From Hemiscyllium ocellatum (Eukaryota), in NCBI RefSeq assembly GCF_020745735.1, contig NC_083408.1:81126484-81190483 (forward strand): a stretch of 64,000 nt of DNA, written 5' to 3'. The stretch's first letter is position 1. Every line of letters starts with the position of its first letter. Below are positions 37,601-51,128 of this stretch, one piece after another. The notes below the pieces were generated by a model. That model was not told the origin of the DNA. It saw nothing but the letters and a program-made list of their open reading frames with translations, and did not search any database. The translations under genes were made by a program, and so were the position numbers.

Positions 37601-39514
37601 ATGGCATCTTTTTCGAAACTCGAGGATCTGGACTTGACCCGGGACGAAGTGGAGCGCTTTTCCACAGCGTTTAAAGATGAAAAGTTTAGAAAAATGCTGT
37701 GCGAGTACGCGGAGGAAATTTCCAGTCCGGAAAATAAGAAAAAGTACGAAGAGGAAATCACTCAACTCGAAAAAGAGAGGGGCATGGACATTAAGTTCGT
37801 GCATCCCAAACCTGGTTATGTCCTCAAAACCAGTGTTAATGGGGACCAGAAATGTTTCATCAATGTCTGCAGCAACGACCTGATACATAAACCCTTTTGC
37901 AAAGCTGAAAAGGGTGCCAACGGGACGGTCGGACAACATTGGTCTCTTCCATACAGTCTGGCGCCGGGGAGAGAAGATCTGGGTAAAGGTGGCAGAAAAC
38001 ACATGATATATGATGTGGTGTTTCATCCAGACACTTTGTACATGGCGAATAAAAACAAGAAGTTTAAAACAATGGTAGATCAAACTTCAATTGAAGTGAT
38101 AGAGAAGCAACTAAATGCCAAACTAGATTCAAGAAACTTTAAAACTTTAAAAGTAAAGTACAAGGGAATGCCCGAGGCTGCTGTCATTCGAAAACCTATT
38201 CCTGGTGTTCCCAAGAAACCTCCAGATGATGATGACCCTTTACAGTTTCCTTATCCTTTTGGTTCCCTAAAGTCAGAAACTCCCTCTGGGCATGGCACAA
38301 AATCTAAAACAACAAGCAAAAGTGCAGAAACTGCAATGAAAGACAAGAATACAAAATCACAAGACAGCAAATCTACTCAACCCAAATACTCCATTATTCA
38401 CAGGTCACATATTGATTTGCAAGATTACCGATATGCTCGTGACGCTGCTTCCAGCACCAGACCTAAAGAGCTGGTGATTGCTATTGACCTCCCTTTGCTT
38501 AAGTCTGCTGAGAATGCTTGTTTAGATGTAACTGAGCAATTTTTAAGTTTGGAGTCACAGAAACCAGCTTACAAGCTTGATTTGCATCTACCTTATCCAG
38601 TAGATGAAAATCTGGGGTCAGCTATGTTTAACAAATCTAAGAGGCAGCTTGTGGTTACTTTGCCTGTGCTACCTATGAAGCAAGCCCTAGAAGTGGGACA
38701 GTTTTCTGCTGGTGACTTTAAACAAACCAGGAATGAGTCCACAGAGAGTGGCCAGTTACTTTGTAAATCAGATTGTCAGCTTGAAGGATATTCACATCAA
38801 CAAAATGGAGGGCGTTTTGGTGATGGTGTGAATCCAGAAAGTGAATTTGAATTTAGCACCTTGCAGGTTTCCACTTTGGTACAATCTGAGAACAATGAAC
38901 ACTTCAAACTGAACGAAAGCAAAACTTTTACAGAGTCAACTGCTAAAGAGGTTGCGATAGTTTCAAATAAGACTTTAGCAAAACCAAATGATGTAATTGC
39001 TTCTTCCAAACTTGTTTCAGAGGTAGATCGTGAAGAACAGGAAAATGTTGCAAAAGAAGGTGCCATTGCAATTAGTGGTAAAGAATCTCTTGGGACTTTG
39101 GAAAAGGTATGCAGTCCTTCTGCAGATGAACAGGTAGATGTAGGTGCAGATTCATCTGCAAACACTGCATTCTACTATGGTGACTATTTAAAGAAAACCG
39201 AACCGGTATGCCCTGATTTCCATTACCATCAAAATAAAGACACTATAACATTCGTATTGCATGTGCAAAATATTAATGAAGAAAGCTTCAAGTCAGTACT
39301 TCACACTCATGACTATAGGGTTGTATTTGGGACTCAGGACTCTGATGTTTTATATTCCTTGATTGTTCAATTTCCTCCAGAACATCAGCTGGACACCGCA
39401 GAAAGCGTAGTTAATATATCTAAAGACAATGCTGCAGTCGTGTTAATGAAGTCACCTGAGTGTCGAGGCTTGTGGCAAAGCTTTCATGCTGGAGAATCAT
39501 GCAACTGTTTGCAG
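37601..39514 (+). CDS. DNAAF2: Dynein axonemal assembly factor 2 (kintoun), exon 1 (638 codons; PIH1 + CS domains)
   Basis: ORF 37601.. has kintoun motifs (LEDLDLTRDEVERF, VHPKPGYVLKT, KCFINVCSN, HWSLPYSLAPGRE, YDVVFHPDTL, FNKSKRQLVVTLPV). Donor CAG|gtaact at 39514; the ORF tail to 39589 is intronic. Confidence 0.95.
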
Positions 39515-39594
39515 GTAACTTTGTTGATTCCAAAAATGTCATGCCATATACAAAATTGCTACATTAATTGTTCTGCCTTCTCTAATTAGTCTGT

Positions 39595-42500
39595 TCATAG
39601 AGTCATAGAGATGTACAGTACAGAAACAGACCCTTCGGTACAACCCGTCCACACCGACCAGATATCCCAAACCAATCTAGTCCCACCTGCCAGCACCTGG
39701 CCCATATCCCTCCAAACCCTTCCTATTCATATACCCATCCAAATGCCTCTTAAATGTTGCAATTGTACCAGCCTCCTCCACTCCTCTGGCAGCTCATTCC
39801 ATACACGCACCACCCTCTGCATCAAAACGTTGGCCCTTAGGTCTATTTGATATCTTTCCCCTCTTGCCCTAAACCTATGCCCTCTAGTTCTGGACTCCCC
39901 GACCCCAGGGAAAAGACTTTGCCTATTTATTCTATCCAAGCCCCTCATAATTTTGTAAGCCTCTGTAACGTCATCCCTCAGCCTCTGATGTTCCAGGGAA
40001 AATAACCCCAGCCTGTTCAGCCTCTCCCTATAGCTCAAATCCTCAAACCGTGGCAACATCCTTGTCAATCTTTTCTGAACCCTTTCAAGTTTCATAACAT
40101 CTTTCCAATAGGAAGGAGACCAGAATAGCACACAATATTCCAACAGTGGCCTAACCAATGTCCTGTACAGCCACAACATGACCTCCCAACTCCTGTACTC
40201 AAACTCTGACTAAAAAAGGAAAGCATACCAAACGCCTTCTTCACTATCCTATCTATCTGTGACTCCACTTTCAAGGAGCAATGAACCTGCACTCCAAGGT
40301 CTCTTTATTCAGCAACACTCTCTAGGACCTTATCATTAAGTGTACAAGTCCTGCTAAGATTTGCTTTCCCAAAATGCAGCTCCTCGCATTTATCTAAATT
40401 AAACTCTATCTGCCACTTCTCAGCCCATTGACCCATCTGGTCCACATGCTGTTGTAATCTGAGGTAATCCTTTTCGCTGTCCACTACACCTCCAATATTG
40501 GTGTCAGCTGCAAACTTACTAACTGTACCTTTTATGCTCGCATCCAAATCATTTATGTAAATGACAAAAAGTACAGGACCCAGCACCGATCCTTGTGGCA
40601 CTCCACTGGTCACAGGCCTCCAGTCTGAAAAACAACCCTCCATCACCACCAACACCACCCTCTATCTTCTACCTTTGAACCAGTTCTGTATCCAAATGGC
40701 TAGTTCTCCCTGTATTCCATGAGATCTGACCTTGCTAATCAGTCTCCCATGAGGAACCTTGTCGAACGCCTTACTGAAGTCCATATAGATCACACCTATT
40801 GCTCTGCCCTCATCAATCTTCTTTGTTACTTCTTCAAAAAACTCAATCAAGTTTGTGAGATATGATTTCCCACACACAAAGTCATGTTGACTATCCCAAA
40901 TCAGTCCTTGCCTTTCCAAATACATGTACATCCTGTCCTTCAGGATTCCCTCCAACAGCTTGCCCACCACCGATGTCAGGCTCATTGGTCTATAGATCCC
41001 TGGCTTGTCTTTACCGCCCTTCTTAAACAACGAAACCACGTTTGCCAAACTCCGGTCTTCCGGCACCTCACCTGTGACTATCGATGATACAAATATCTCA
41101 GCAAGAGGCCCAGCAATCTATTCTCTGGCTTCCCACAGCGTTCTCAGTTATACCTGATCAGGTCCCGGTGATTTATCCACCTTTACCGGTTTCAAGACAT
41201 CCAGCACTCCCTCCTCTGTAATCTGGACATTTTGCAAGATGTCACAATCTATTTCGCTACAGTCTATATCATCCGCATCCTTTTCCACAGTAAATACTGA
41301 TACAAAATACTCGTTTAGTATCTCCCCCGTTTTCTGTGTCTCCACACACAGGCTGCCTTGCTGATCTTTGAGGGGCCCTATTCTCTCCCTAGTTACCCTT
41401 TGTCCTTGATATATTTGTAAAAACCCTTTGGATTCTCCTTAACTCTATTTGCCAAAGCTATCTCATGACCCCTTTATACCCTCCTGATTTCCCTCTTAAG
41501 TATACTCCTACTTCCTTTATACTCTTCTAAGGATTCACTCGATCTATCCTGTCCATACTTGACATATGCTTCCTTTTCCATAACCAAACCTTCAATTTCT
41601 TTAGTCATCCAGCATTCCTTATACCTACCAGCCTTTCCTTTCACCCTGACAGGAATATACTTTCTCTGGATTCTTGTTATCTCATTTCTGAAGGCTTCTC
41701 ATTTTCCAGCCATCCCTTTACCTGCGAACATATGCATTCAATCAGCTTTCGAAAGTTCTTACCTAATCCCGTCAAAATTGGCTTTTCTCCAATTTAGAAT
41801 TTCAACTTTTAGATCTGGTCTATCCTGTAGATTAGATTCCCTACAGTGTGGAAACAGGCCCTTCGGCCCAACCAGTCTACACTGGCCCTCTGAAGAATAA
41901 CCCACTCAGACCCATTTCCCTCTGACTAATGCACCTAACACCATGGGTGGTTTAGCATGGCCAATTCACCTGACCTGCACATTTTTGTGACTGTGGGAAG
42001 AAACCAGAGGAAACCCACACAGACATGAGGCTGGAATCGAACCTGGGACCCTGGTACTGTGAGGCAGCAGTGCCACCCTGATCCTTTTTCATCACTATTT
42101 TAAAACAAATAGAATTATGGTCGCTGGCCCCAAAGTGCTCCCCCATTGACATCTCAGTCACCTGCTCTGCCTTACTTCCCAAGAGTAGGTCAAGTTTTGC
42201 ACCTTCTGTAGTAGATACATCCATATACTGAATCAGAAAATTGTCTTGTACGCACTTAAGAAATTCCTCTCCATCTAAACCTTTAACACAATGGCAGTCC
42301 CAGTCGATGTTTGGAAAGTTAAAATCTCCTACTACAACTACCCTATTATTCTTGCAGATAGCTGAGATCTCCTTACAAGTTTGTTTCTCAATTTCCCTCT
42401 GACTGCTAGGGGGTCTATAATACAATCCCAATAATAATCCTGTTATTATTTCTCAGTTCCATCCAAATAACTTCCCTGGATGCATTTCCGGGAATATCCT

Positions 42501-43625
42501 CCCTCAACACAGCTGTACTGCTATCCCTTATCAAAAATGCCACACCCCATCCTCTCTTGCCTCCCTTTCTATTCTTCCTGTAGCATTTGTATCCTAGAAC
42601 ATTAAGCTGCCAGTCCTGCCCATCCCTGAGCCATGTTTCTGTAGTTGCTATGATATTCCAGTCCCATGTTCCTAACCATGTCCTGAGTTCATCTGCCTTC
42701 CCTGTTAGGCCCCTTGCATTGAAATAAATGCAGTTTAATTTATTAGTCCTACCTTATCCCTGCCTGCCCTGACTGTTTGACTCACTCCTGTTCTCAACTG
42801 TACCAGTCTCAGATTGATCTCTTTCCTCACTACCTCCTGAGTCCCAGCCCCCCACCTTACTAGTTTAAATCCTGCCAAGCAGTTCTAGCAAATTTCTCTG
42901 CCAGTATATTAGTCCCCTTCCAATTTAGGTGCAATCCGTCCTTTTTGTACAGGCCACTTCTACTCCAAAAGAGATTCCAATGATCAAAAATATGAATCCT
43001 TCTCCCATACACCAGCTCCTCAGCCATGCATTCATCTGCTCTATGCTCCTATTCCTGTCCTTACTAGCTCGTAGCACTGGGAGTAATCCAGATATTACTA
43101 CCCTTGAGGACCTCCTTTTTAGATTTCTGCCTAACTCTCTGTAATCCCCCTTCAGAATCTCAACCTTTTCCCTTCGTATGTCATTGGTTCCAATGTGGAC
43201 AATGATCTCTTGCTGGCCCCTCTCCCCTGTGAGAACATTCTGCACCCTCTCTGAGACATCCTTGATCCTGGCAACAGAGAAACAACATACCATTCTGCTT
43301 TTTCTCTGCCGGCCAAAGAAACGTCTGTTTGTATCTCGGACTACAGAATCTCCGAACACAATTGATTTCCTGGAAGCCGACGTACCCCCTCGTTGCATTA
43401 GAGCCAGCCTGAATACCAGAAACTTGTCTGTTCATGCTACATTCCCGTGAATCCATCACCCCCTACATTTTCCAAAACAGCATACCTGTTTGAAATGTGT
43501 ATATCCACAAAAGACTCTTGCCCTAGGTGCCTACCTCTCTTCCCCTTCCTGAAGTTAACCCATCTATGTGACTGTATCTGAGACTTTCCCCCCTTCCTAC
43601 AACTGCCATCCATCACATACTGTTG
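39595..43625 (-). mobile_element. Long (~4 kb) 5'-truncated CR1/HER1 LINE: ORF1 SGNH esterase part + ORF2 (APE endonuclease + RT), inactivated
   Basis: ORF1 FGDSVVR..HIGTNDI; APE YYRPP, VGDFNFPNIDW, LDLLL, SDHN; [21 protein letters not shown]; (CTATGACT)n tail at 39595; many stops. Confidence 0.93.
41827..42080 (-). mobile_element. HE1/V-SINE nested in CR1
   Basis: B box GGTTCGATTCC, V-core, TSD ATCCT (41822-41826, 42081-42085). Confidence 0.82.
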
Positions 43626-45082
43626 CTAATCTAATCTAAAAAAAAATTTGTGTATGCTTAGCATATATAGTAACTTATGTACCACTGGAATACACCTTTT
43701 AGCCAGTTTATTTTTTTGAAACGTGGGTATTGCTGGCTGACCAGCATTTATTATTGTCCCTCGTTGCCCTCCTTGTATCGCTGCACTGTAGGTAGACCCA
43801 CAATCCCATTTGGAAGGGAATTTTCAGATTTGGACCTAGCGATGATGAAGTAAACAATTATGAAATACCAACATATAACTCAAGTTAAAACTTTAATACC
43901 CTTATAGAGTCTTCATATACACATGCAGTTATAGACAGTAAAACAAAAAAGGGTGTTGCCATTGGAGGAGAAAATTGGGAAGGCAGTTCAATATTCCTCA
44001 TTCACAGGGATCTCTGAGGTAATCCTTTTGGCTTGCTAGGGCTTGTTTGGTGATCCCTCTTTGTCTTCAGATACTTTCATGTTCTTGTGGGAGGCAGAGT
44101 GTGACAGATTGACAGATTATATGGTCTCTGACTTTGTGGTTAAAAGCCATAGCACCCAGCAATTGGTGAGGGAAATTAAGCAGGCTTTCTTCAGGCTTTT
44201 TTTTACTGCAAAGGCAGCTTCTTTCTTTATGGATGTTCAATCGCTTATGACTAATCATTTATGCCCACAAACTGACTTTCCAGATAGTTAACCAATCACA
44301 TTGTTTTTGATGAGCAAACTGCTCATCATTCCACAGGCTGATTAGCTTCTTGTTGCTAGCTGAACCTAATTTTTTTACTCATTCCCTGGTTCTTGCTCCT
44401 CTGCAACTAAACCTTCTTCCACTGGTTGAACAAATAACAGCATAAACAGCACTTTGATTAGTGCTGGTAGCTTGCTTTCATAGAATGCAACAATCTCTCA
44501 CAATCCTTGGTTTTTTTAAAAACTGTCTTTTCCGCATTTCAGTCCATAATCAAAGATACAAGAGAAAAAGAGTTTTTACATATCAGTATTGTAGAAATCA
44601 AGGTATGGGAATGGGAGAAGACAGTGTGTCATCACAAAAAGGTTAAACCTGCAATAGAGATTTTGAACTGAATGGGTTTCCAGTTTGAAGTGGGAGACTA
44701 CACTGTGAGCTATATACCGTGTAATGGATTCAATATGTCTGACACAGAAAATTGTTGACTAGGAAAGGCAGTAGTGCTGTAGTGATTCAGGAATACATTC
44801 TTTCCATCTTAAAATATGCCCATATCATGCTGCACAATCTCATACACCATTATATGGCAAAAACCTTACATAATTGATTATATTTTTAGATGTACTATAA
44901 ATGGTTGTTGGGATTGAGTAGTTTCCCACTTGTACATTATATATATGAAGGAACTGAGGGCATTGTCACTAAGTTTGCAAATGATACAAAGGTAGAAGGA
45001 TAGATAGCATTGAGAAGGCAGGAAGGCTACAGAAAGATTTAAACAGCTTAGGAGAGTGGGCAAAGAGGTGACAAATGGAATA

Positions 45083-45179
45083 CAGCTGAAAATGTGTTGC
45101 TGGTTAAAGCACAGCAGGTCAGGCAGCATCCAAGGAACAGGAAATTCAATGTTTCGGGCCAGAGCCCTTCATCAGGAAT
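45083..45179 (-). mobile_element. Short PLE-terminus insert with family-A hammerhead motif (45144-45179)
   Basis: ATTC-CTGATGA-A-GGGC-TCTG-GCCC-GAA-AC-AT-T-GAAT; perfect helix I, CpG-decayed cleavage triplet. Confidence 0.7.
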
Positions 45180-45383
45180 GGAACCTTTAGAGTAAAGGGA
45201 AGAGCCTTTCAAACTGAGAAGGAGAAACTTCTTCAGTGAGAAAGTGGTGAATTGATGGAATTCATTGCCACAGAAGGCTGTGGAGGTCAGGTCATTTTTA
45301 TTTAAGGTAAAGATAGATAGGTTCTTGATTGTCAAGGGGATCAAAGTTTAAGGAGAGAGAGTGGGAGAATGGGGTTGAGAAAC

Positions 45384-46502
45384 CTCTCCTTCAAATCCTC
45401 CCACTTCCTCCAGACCACCTGCATGAGCCCCAGCTATGCTGGCCTCTTCCGTAACTACATCAACACCATTCCCCATCTTTTCCTCCGCTACATTGGTGAC
45501 TGTATCTGTACACTTTGTGCTCCCACAAGGAAATTAACAGTTCAGTAACTTCACAAATACCTTCCACCCTGACCTCAAGTTCACCTGGACCATCTAAGAC
45601 ACCTCCCTCTCCTTCCTGGACTTGTTCATTTCCAGCGACCGACTCAACACAGACATCTACTTCAAACCCACCAACTTCTACAGCTACTTGGACTACAACT
45701 CCTCCCACCCTGCCTCCTGTAAAAACGCTATCCCTTATTCCCAACTCCTTTGCATCTGCTCCCCGGAGGACCAATTCCACCATAAAACATCCCAGATGCC
45801 TTGTTCTTCAAAGACCGCAATTTCCCCTCCCATGTGGTCATCGATGCCCTCCAACGCCTCCTTCACTTCCTGCACCTCCATCCTTGAACCCCACCCTCCA
45901 ATTGCAACAAGGACAGAACCTCCCAGTTCTCACCTTCTACCCCACCAATGTCCGGATACAATACATCATCCTCTGCCATTTCTGCCACTTAAAAACAGAC
46001 TCCACACTAGGGATATATTCCCCCCCACCTCCCCTTATCTGTGCTTTGGAGAGACCATTCCCCCAATTCCCTTGTTAGGTGCATGCCCCCCCACCAACCC
46101 ACCCTCCATTCCTAGCACCTTCCCCTGCCACGGCAAGAAGTGCAAAACCTGCGCCCACACTTCCTCCTCACCTCCGTCCGGCTCCAAAGGATCCTTCCAC
46201 ATCCAAGAAAGATTTAACTGTACTGCCACGTACGTCATTTACTGTGTCTGTTGCTCTCACTGTGGTCTCCTCTACATTGAGGAGACAGGACACCAACTTG
46301 CGGAACGTTTCAGAGAACATCTCTGGGGGACACACACTAAGCAACGCTAACCTGTCGCATTCCCAGCTACCTCTTCACCACACCCCCCATTCATCTCTCA
46401 GACCCCTTGGGTCACCCCATCATTCCTGATGAAGAGCTTTGCTCTCCTGCTCATCAGATGCTGCCTGACTGGCCGTGCTTTTCCAGCACCACACTCTTTG
46501 AC
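45384..46502 (+). mobile_element. Penelope-like element fragment (RT C-terminus + GIY-YIG) inserted in a CR1 3' UTR
   Basis: TDIYFKPTNFYSYLDYNSSHPASCKNAIPYSQ, CKTC, YVIYCVCCSHCGLLYIEET; TSD TGAGAAAC (45376-45383, 46503-46510); partly deleted hammerhead at 46422. Confidence 0.88.
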
Positions 46503-46970
46503 TGAGAAACTTATCAGCCACGATTGAATGGCAGAGCAGATTTAATGGGCTGAATGGCCTAATTTATGGTCCTATGTCTTATTGTCTTCTAGATTTACAA
46601 GTATGCAAATGGACATGTAAATTTCAAGACACTAGGTTTATTGAAAGTAATTTGGTGTCAGTTTGTTAGAACAATATCAGTTTGTTGCCTCTATGTACTT
46701 AGTGAAAGATTATATGTTTGTTGGGTTTAAACATTGACCAGTTAAATTTATATGCGCTCTTAATTCATTTATACTATATACCAGTAAAAGTACCAAATCC
46801 CATTCTTATTAATATAGGTTGATACTTTGTAAAGATGCTGTAGTATTGTAGGAATTAAGTTTGAATGATTTATGTTTTGTTTCAAAAACACAATTTGCAG
46901 AAGTGCATAAATAATTATGTTTCGTCAGATGTCGTATTAAACATGAACATGAAATGTTCTTTTTATTTAG

Positions 46971-47114
46971 AAAAATCTATGTGTAACTTCAGAAAATATC
47001 AATCAATTCTTGAGTACCAGTTTGGAGGATCCAGTCACAAATGAGCTACCAGAAAAACATCCTTTAATTAGTGTTGTGGAAATCAGTGAAAGTGGCCTTG
47101 TTATTCATTCTAAG
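46971..47114 (+). CDS. DNAAF2: DNAAF2 exon 2 (144 nt, phase 0-0)
   Basis: tttag|KNLCVTSENINQFLSTSLEDPVTNELPEKHPLISVVEISESGLVIHSK|gtgagt; resembles the kintoun exon-2 peptide. Confidence 0.87.
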
Positions 47115-47564
47115 GTGAGTTAAATGAAACCAGATCTAAAGATTGAACAAGAACAGAACATTATTCACAAGCTATCTGCTTTTAACCATTGAGATAAATG
47201 TTGCAGAAAAATCATGGCAGTGCTTTACAGAGCAGAAGTGAGTTGTATATTAACGAAGAAGATTCAAAATTATTATTTCGCCAGATGATGTTCTGTCAAT
47301 GACTGTACTTCTGTTTTTTAAATTTCTACTGAAGAATGAGCATTCTTCCTGTATTAGCCTGCAGTGATTTATGTATTTGGCAGTGAACATTGTGGCTGAG
47401 TGTAAAATCAATGCATATCCAATATCCAAATGCAAGAATATATAAAGTGAATTGAGCTATTTTATTTACCATTTAACAAAGGAAAACTGCAGACAGTTAT
47501 TGCCCCAACTAATGTCATAATTTTAACCATATATTATCTGGAGGCAGAAATTCACTTCAAGTAT

Positions 47565-47700
47565 ATTGGGTATATAAATAGGAAGGGTTTGGAGGGATAT
47601 GGGCCAGGTGCTGGCATGTGGGATTAGATTGGGTTGGGATATCTGGTCGGCATGGGCGAGCTGGACCAAAGGGTCTGTTTCCGTGCTGTACATCCATATA
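47565..47700 (+). mobile_element. CR1 3' tail
   Basis: gggtttggagggatatgggcc..agggtctgtttccgtgctgtacatc. Confidence 0.8.
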
Positions 47701-49044
47701 TAACATGGCAAAGGAGGCAGGGAGCTAATCAGCTCACTATCCTATCACCTAAAGACACTCTATTTGATAGAAACCCTTGTTACTCTAACCAAACTGGTAT
47801 ACTAACAAGTAGATCAAATTAAATTTTAATGGGTATTTTTAATATAGATTTTCAAATGTTGAGATATTGAGGGTTTTAAGCAGCTGGCATGCAAGAGGAG
47901 TTCAGGACTGGGGGAGATTAACCATGATTTTACAGAATGGCAGGATAGATTTGAGGGGCTATATGGACTACTTTTATTTCTTCCATTTTATATTTTGTAT
48001 AAAATTTGTTCAATTTAATTAAGAAAATAATGTTGAACCTTCTGAACCAAGCATCTTGAGGAAATGATGAATCTCCGTTAAACCAGAAATTCACTTCTCT
48101 TTGTATGCTTGCGCATGGCTAATAGTTTGATCAATTTGTTACTTTTCGAGTTTGTAATTTGGATTTTTGTTTTGTGTCCCAAAAAAAGGTAGGTTTAGAT
48201 AGATAGTTCAAGATTTAGCTTATATAAGTACTTTTATTGTTCAATTTTTTTTAAAACTGGAAATTTCCTTTGGGTAACTCTCAAATTTGATTCCAGGCTA
48301 ATTTTGTTTGTATTTACTATTTTACACTCTTGTTCTTGGATATTTTTAAACTTTCTGTATTAGATATACTGCATTTGGAATTAATCATTTCCTGCTACTC
48401 TTCATTCAATTAAACTTTTCATAGTCATCACTGTAAGGAAACTGATATCCGCCACCAGTTGACGTGAAATCATTGAATCTTACAGGCCTTTTAGTCCATT
48501 GTGCTCATGCCAGCTCTATAAATGAATTGTCCAATTAGCCCACTCTTTTGTTCTTTCCTCTATCACTGCAGTTTTCTTTTTCAAATAGGTATGCAATTTT
48601 ATTTTGAAAGTTACTCTAACTACATCCATACACTAACAACTTGAATTGTTAGTGGATTGTTTTGGTAGATTTTTGAAATATTGAGGAATTGAGAGCTAGG
48701 ACTGTGTTGAATCTGCTTCTGACTGAAAATGATAAATTTATATTCTACTTGAGCTTTTTTGATAACACTCAAAGGAAATTTAAAATTGCAATGTAATATT
48801 GTTACGCTGGAATGACGTCTAGTACTATCATTCTTGCGTATCAAACAATTTCCTCAAAGCCAACAAACAGAAGTAACCACAGAAACAGCAATATCATACC
48901 AAGGAACCATTACAATGTAAACTGAAATCTGCCAAATCCTTGGCAGCCTCTTATTGGCATTTGTTTGGAGGCCTTGTAAATAGAAATTGATCAGTGATGT
49001 GATTCTTTTTACAACTAATGTTAATTCTTTTTTAAATTCGGGCA

Positions 49045-49205
49045 AGTGCAATTGCAACATCTGAATGGGTATATGAATAGGAAGGGTTTGGAGGGATATG
49101 GGCTGGGCGCTGGCAGGTGGGATGAGTTTAGGTTGGGATATCTGGTCGGCCTGGACGAGTTGGACCGAAGGGTCTGTTTCCGTGCTGTACATCTCTATGA
49201 CTCTA
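49045..49205 (+). mobile_element. CR1 3' tail ending ~25 nt before the DNAAF2 exon 3 acceptor
   Basis: Ends catctctatgactct. Confidence 0.82.
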
Positions 49206-49230
49206 AATATTGTTGATTTTATAATTTCAG

Positions 49231-49911
49231 CAACAAGAGAGTGAGAACACCAGTTCCCAGGGACTTTCTCTGAAACTAGACAAGGTTAACCACAATGAAG
49301 CTTGTAATGCTGCAAACGTTCAAAAACAGACAGAAGAAACCAGTGTCTCTGAATCTATTGCAGAAGGTAAAATATTGGAAGAAGAGACACCATTGGCAAA
49401 TGATGCTGTTGAATTTGTATCTAATGACAAATACCAGTTAGTTGCTATGGCAGGCACTGATAATTTTTTGGAGACAACTAATGCAGGAGAAGGAACAAAT
49501 AATGAAGTTCCAAATTATGACAGGAATCAATTGACGCACAGTAACTGTTGGACTTCTGTTAATGCGAGTAAACTTATTAGTGAGGTTAAAATGAAAAGTG
49601 AGTCACCCTCTCACGCAAGTACAATATGTGTTGACAAGCCACTATCTGTAAATGATGAACCACTACTTGTAAACTGTGAAAAATCAGTACATTTTAAACA
49701 GTGTACAGAAGTAGATGATAATGTACTTGATGAAGATGACTTTCCAAGTAACCAGAAAGATGAGAACACTCCCAAGTTTATTAATACTACAGCTCCACTG
49801 CAAATTCTTGAGGAAATCAATCCCAATGACCAAAGTGTTAAAATTATAAGTGACCATAAAACAAAATCTGCATTTAATTTCCAAAGTATGGAGTTGTACC
49901 AACTAGACTAA
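49231..49911 (+). CDS. DNAAF2: DNAAF2 exon 3 (last; total protein 912 aa)
   Basis: tttcag acceptor, open frame contiguous with ORF 49375-49911, ending in the conserved kintoun C-terminus IISDHKTKSAFNFQSMELYQLD*. Confidence 0.9.
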   Translation, partial: QQESENTSSQGLSLKLDKVNHNEACNAANVQKQTEETSVSESIAEGKILEEETPLANDAVEFVSNDKYQLVAMAGTDNFLETTNAGEGTNNEVPNYDRNQLTHSNCWTSVNASKLISEVKMKSESPSHASTICVDKPLSVNDEPLLVNCEKSVHFKQCTEVDDNVLDEDDFPSNQKDENTPKFINTTAPLQILEEINPNDQSVKIISDHKTKSAFNFQSMELYQLD

Positions 49912-50132
49912 AGAAATGTTTGAAATGGTTAGAAGGGAAACTTTAACTTTATTGTGCCCAATTTAAGGCTTGGCATTGTAGGGGTCAGAATGAACCAAGA
50001 TTGTGTCTGAAGTTTAAAACTGTGATACATTAGTATAGGTTAGTTTGAATTTTAAATCGCATTCCAAATCACAAAATAAGTTTTTGTTTAGCTTATGGCC
50101 ATGTAATAACAGCCAAACTGGCAATTTATGAC

Positions 50133-51128
50133 CATAGAGTCAAAGATGTACAGCATGGAAACAGACATTTTGGTCCAACTCATCTATGCTATCCAGATAT
50201 TCTAAATAAATCAAGTCCCATTTGCCAGTATTTGACCTATGTCCCTCTAAATCCTTGATAGTCACATACTCATGTAGATGCCTTTTAAATATAATTGTAC
50301 CAGTCTCCACCACTTCCTTTGGTAGCTTATTCCATACATGCACCACCCTCTGTTTGAAAAAATTGCCCCTTACGCTCCTTTTAAATCTTGCCCCTTAGGC
50401 TCCTTTTAAATCTTGCCCTTATCACTTTGAACCTATGCCTTCTAGTTTTGGATTCCCTACCCCAGGGAAAAGACCTTGTCTATTTACCCTAGCCATGCCC
50501 TTCTGACTTTCTACACCTCCATAAGATCACACCTTATCTTCCAGCACTACAGGAAAAAGCCCCAGCCTATTCAGCCTCTCCCTATATCTCCAACCCTGGC
50601 AACATCCTTGTAAATCTTTTCTAAACCCTTTAAATTTCACAACATACTTCCTAGAGCAAGACCATCAGAACTACAAGCAATATTCCAATAGTGGCCTAAC
50701 CAATGTCCTGTACAGTTTCAATATGACCTCCCAATTTCAATGCAAGATCAATAAAGGTAAGCATACCAATCTCCTTCATGATCCTCTCTACTTGCAACTC
50801 CACTTTCAATGAACTATGAATCTGAACTCCAAGGTCTCTGTTCAGCAACACTCCCCAGGATCTTACCATTATGTCTCTAAGTCCTGCCCTGATTTGTCTT
50901 TCCAAAATGCAGCACCTCATATTTATCTAAATTAAACCCCGTCTGCCTCTCATCGGCCCATCTGATCAAGATCCCCTTGTACTTGGACATAACCTTCGCT
51001 GTCCACCACTCCTCCATTTTTGCTACATACTTACTAATCGTACTTCCTATGTTAACATCCAAATCTTTTTGATTTAAATGACGAAAGCAGTGGACCCAGC
51101 ATTGATCCTTGTGACATACTGCTAGCAT
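50133..51128 (-). mobile_element. CR1 LINE 3' fragment
   Basis: VHVWNKLPKEVV, FNLDKYEVLHFGK remnants. Confidence 0.85.

Noticed and set aside
37475-39165. Minus-strand ORFs of 202 and 122 aa
   Set aside because: Antisense shadows of DNAAF2 exon 1.
39515-39589. C-terminal 24 aa of the 662-aa ORF as true DNAAF2 end
   Set aside because: Read-through past a good donor; conserved exons 2 and 3 lie downstream.
39595-43625. Active autonomous LINE
   Set aside because: 5'-truncated, many stops and frameshifts, FADD mutated to FAAD, SINE inserted in the endonuclease region.
43850-44640. Possible second solo LTR
   Set aside because: Could not define both termini or a TSD.
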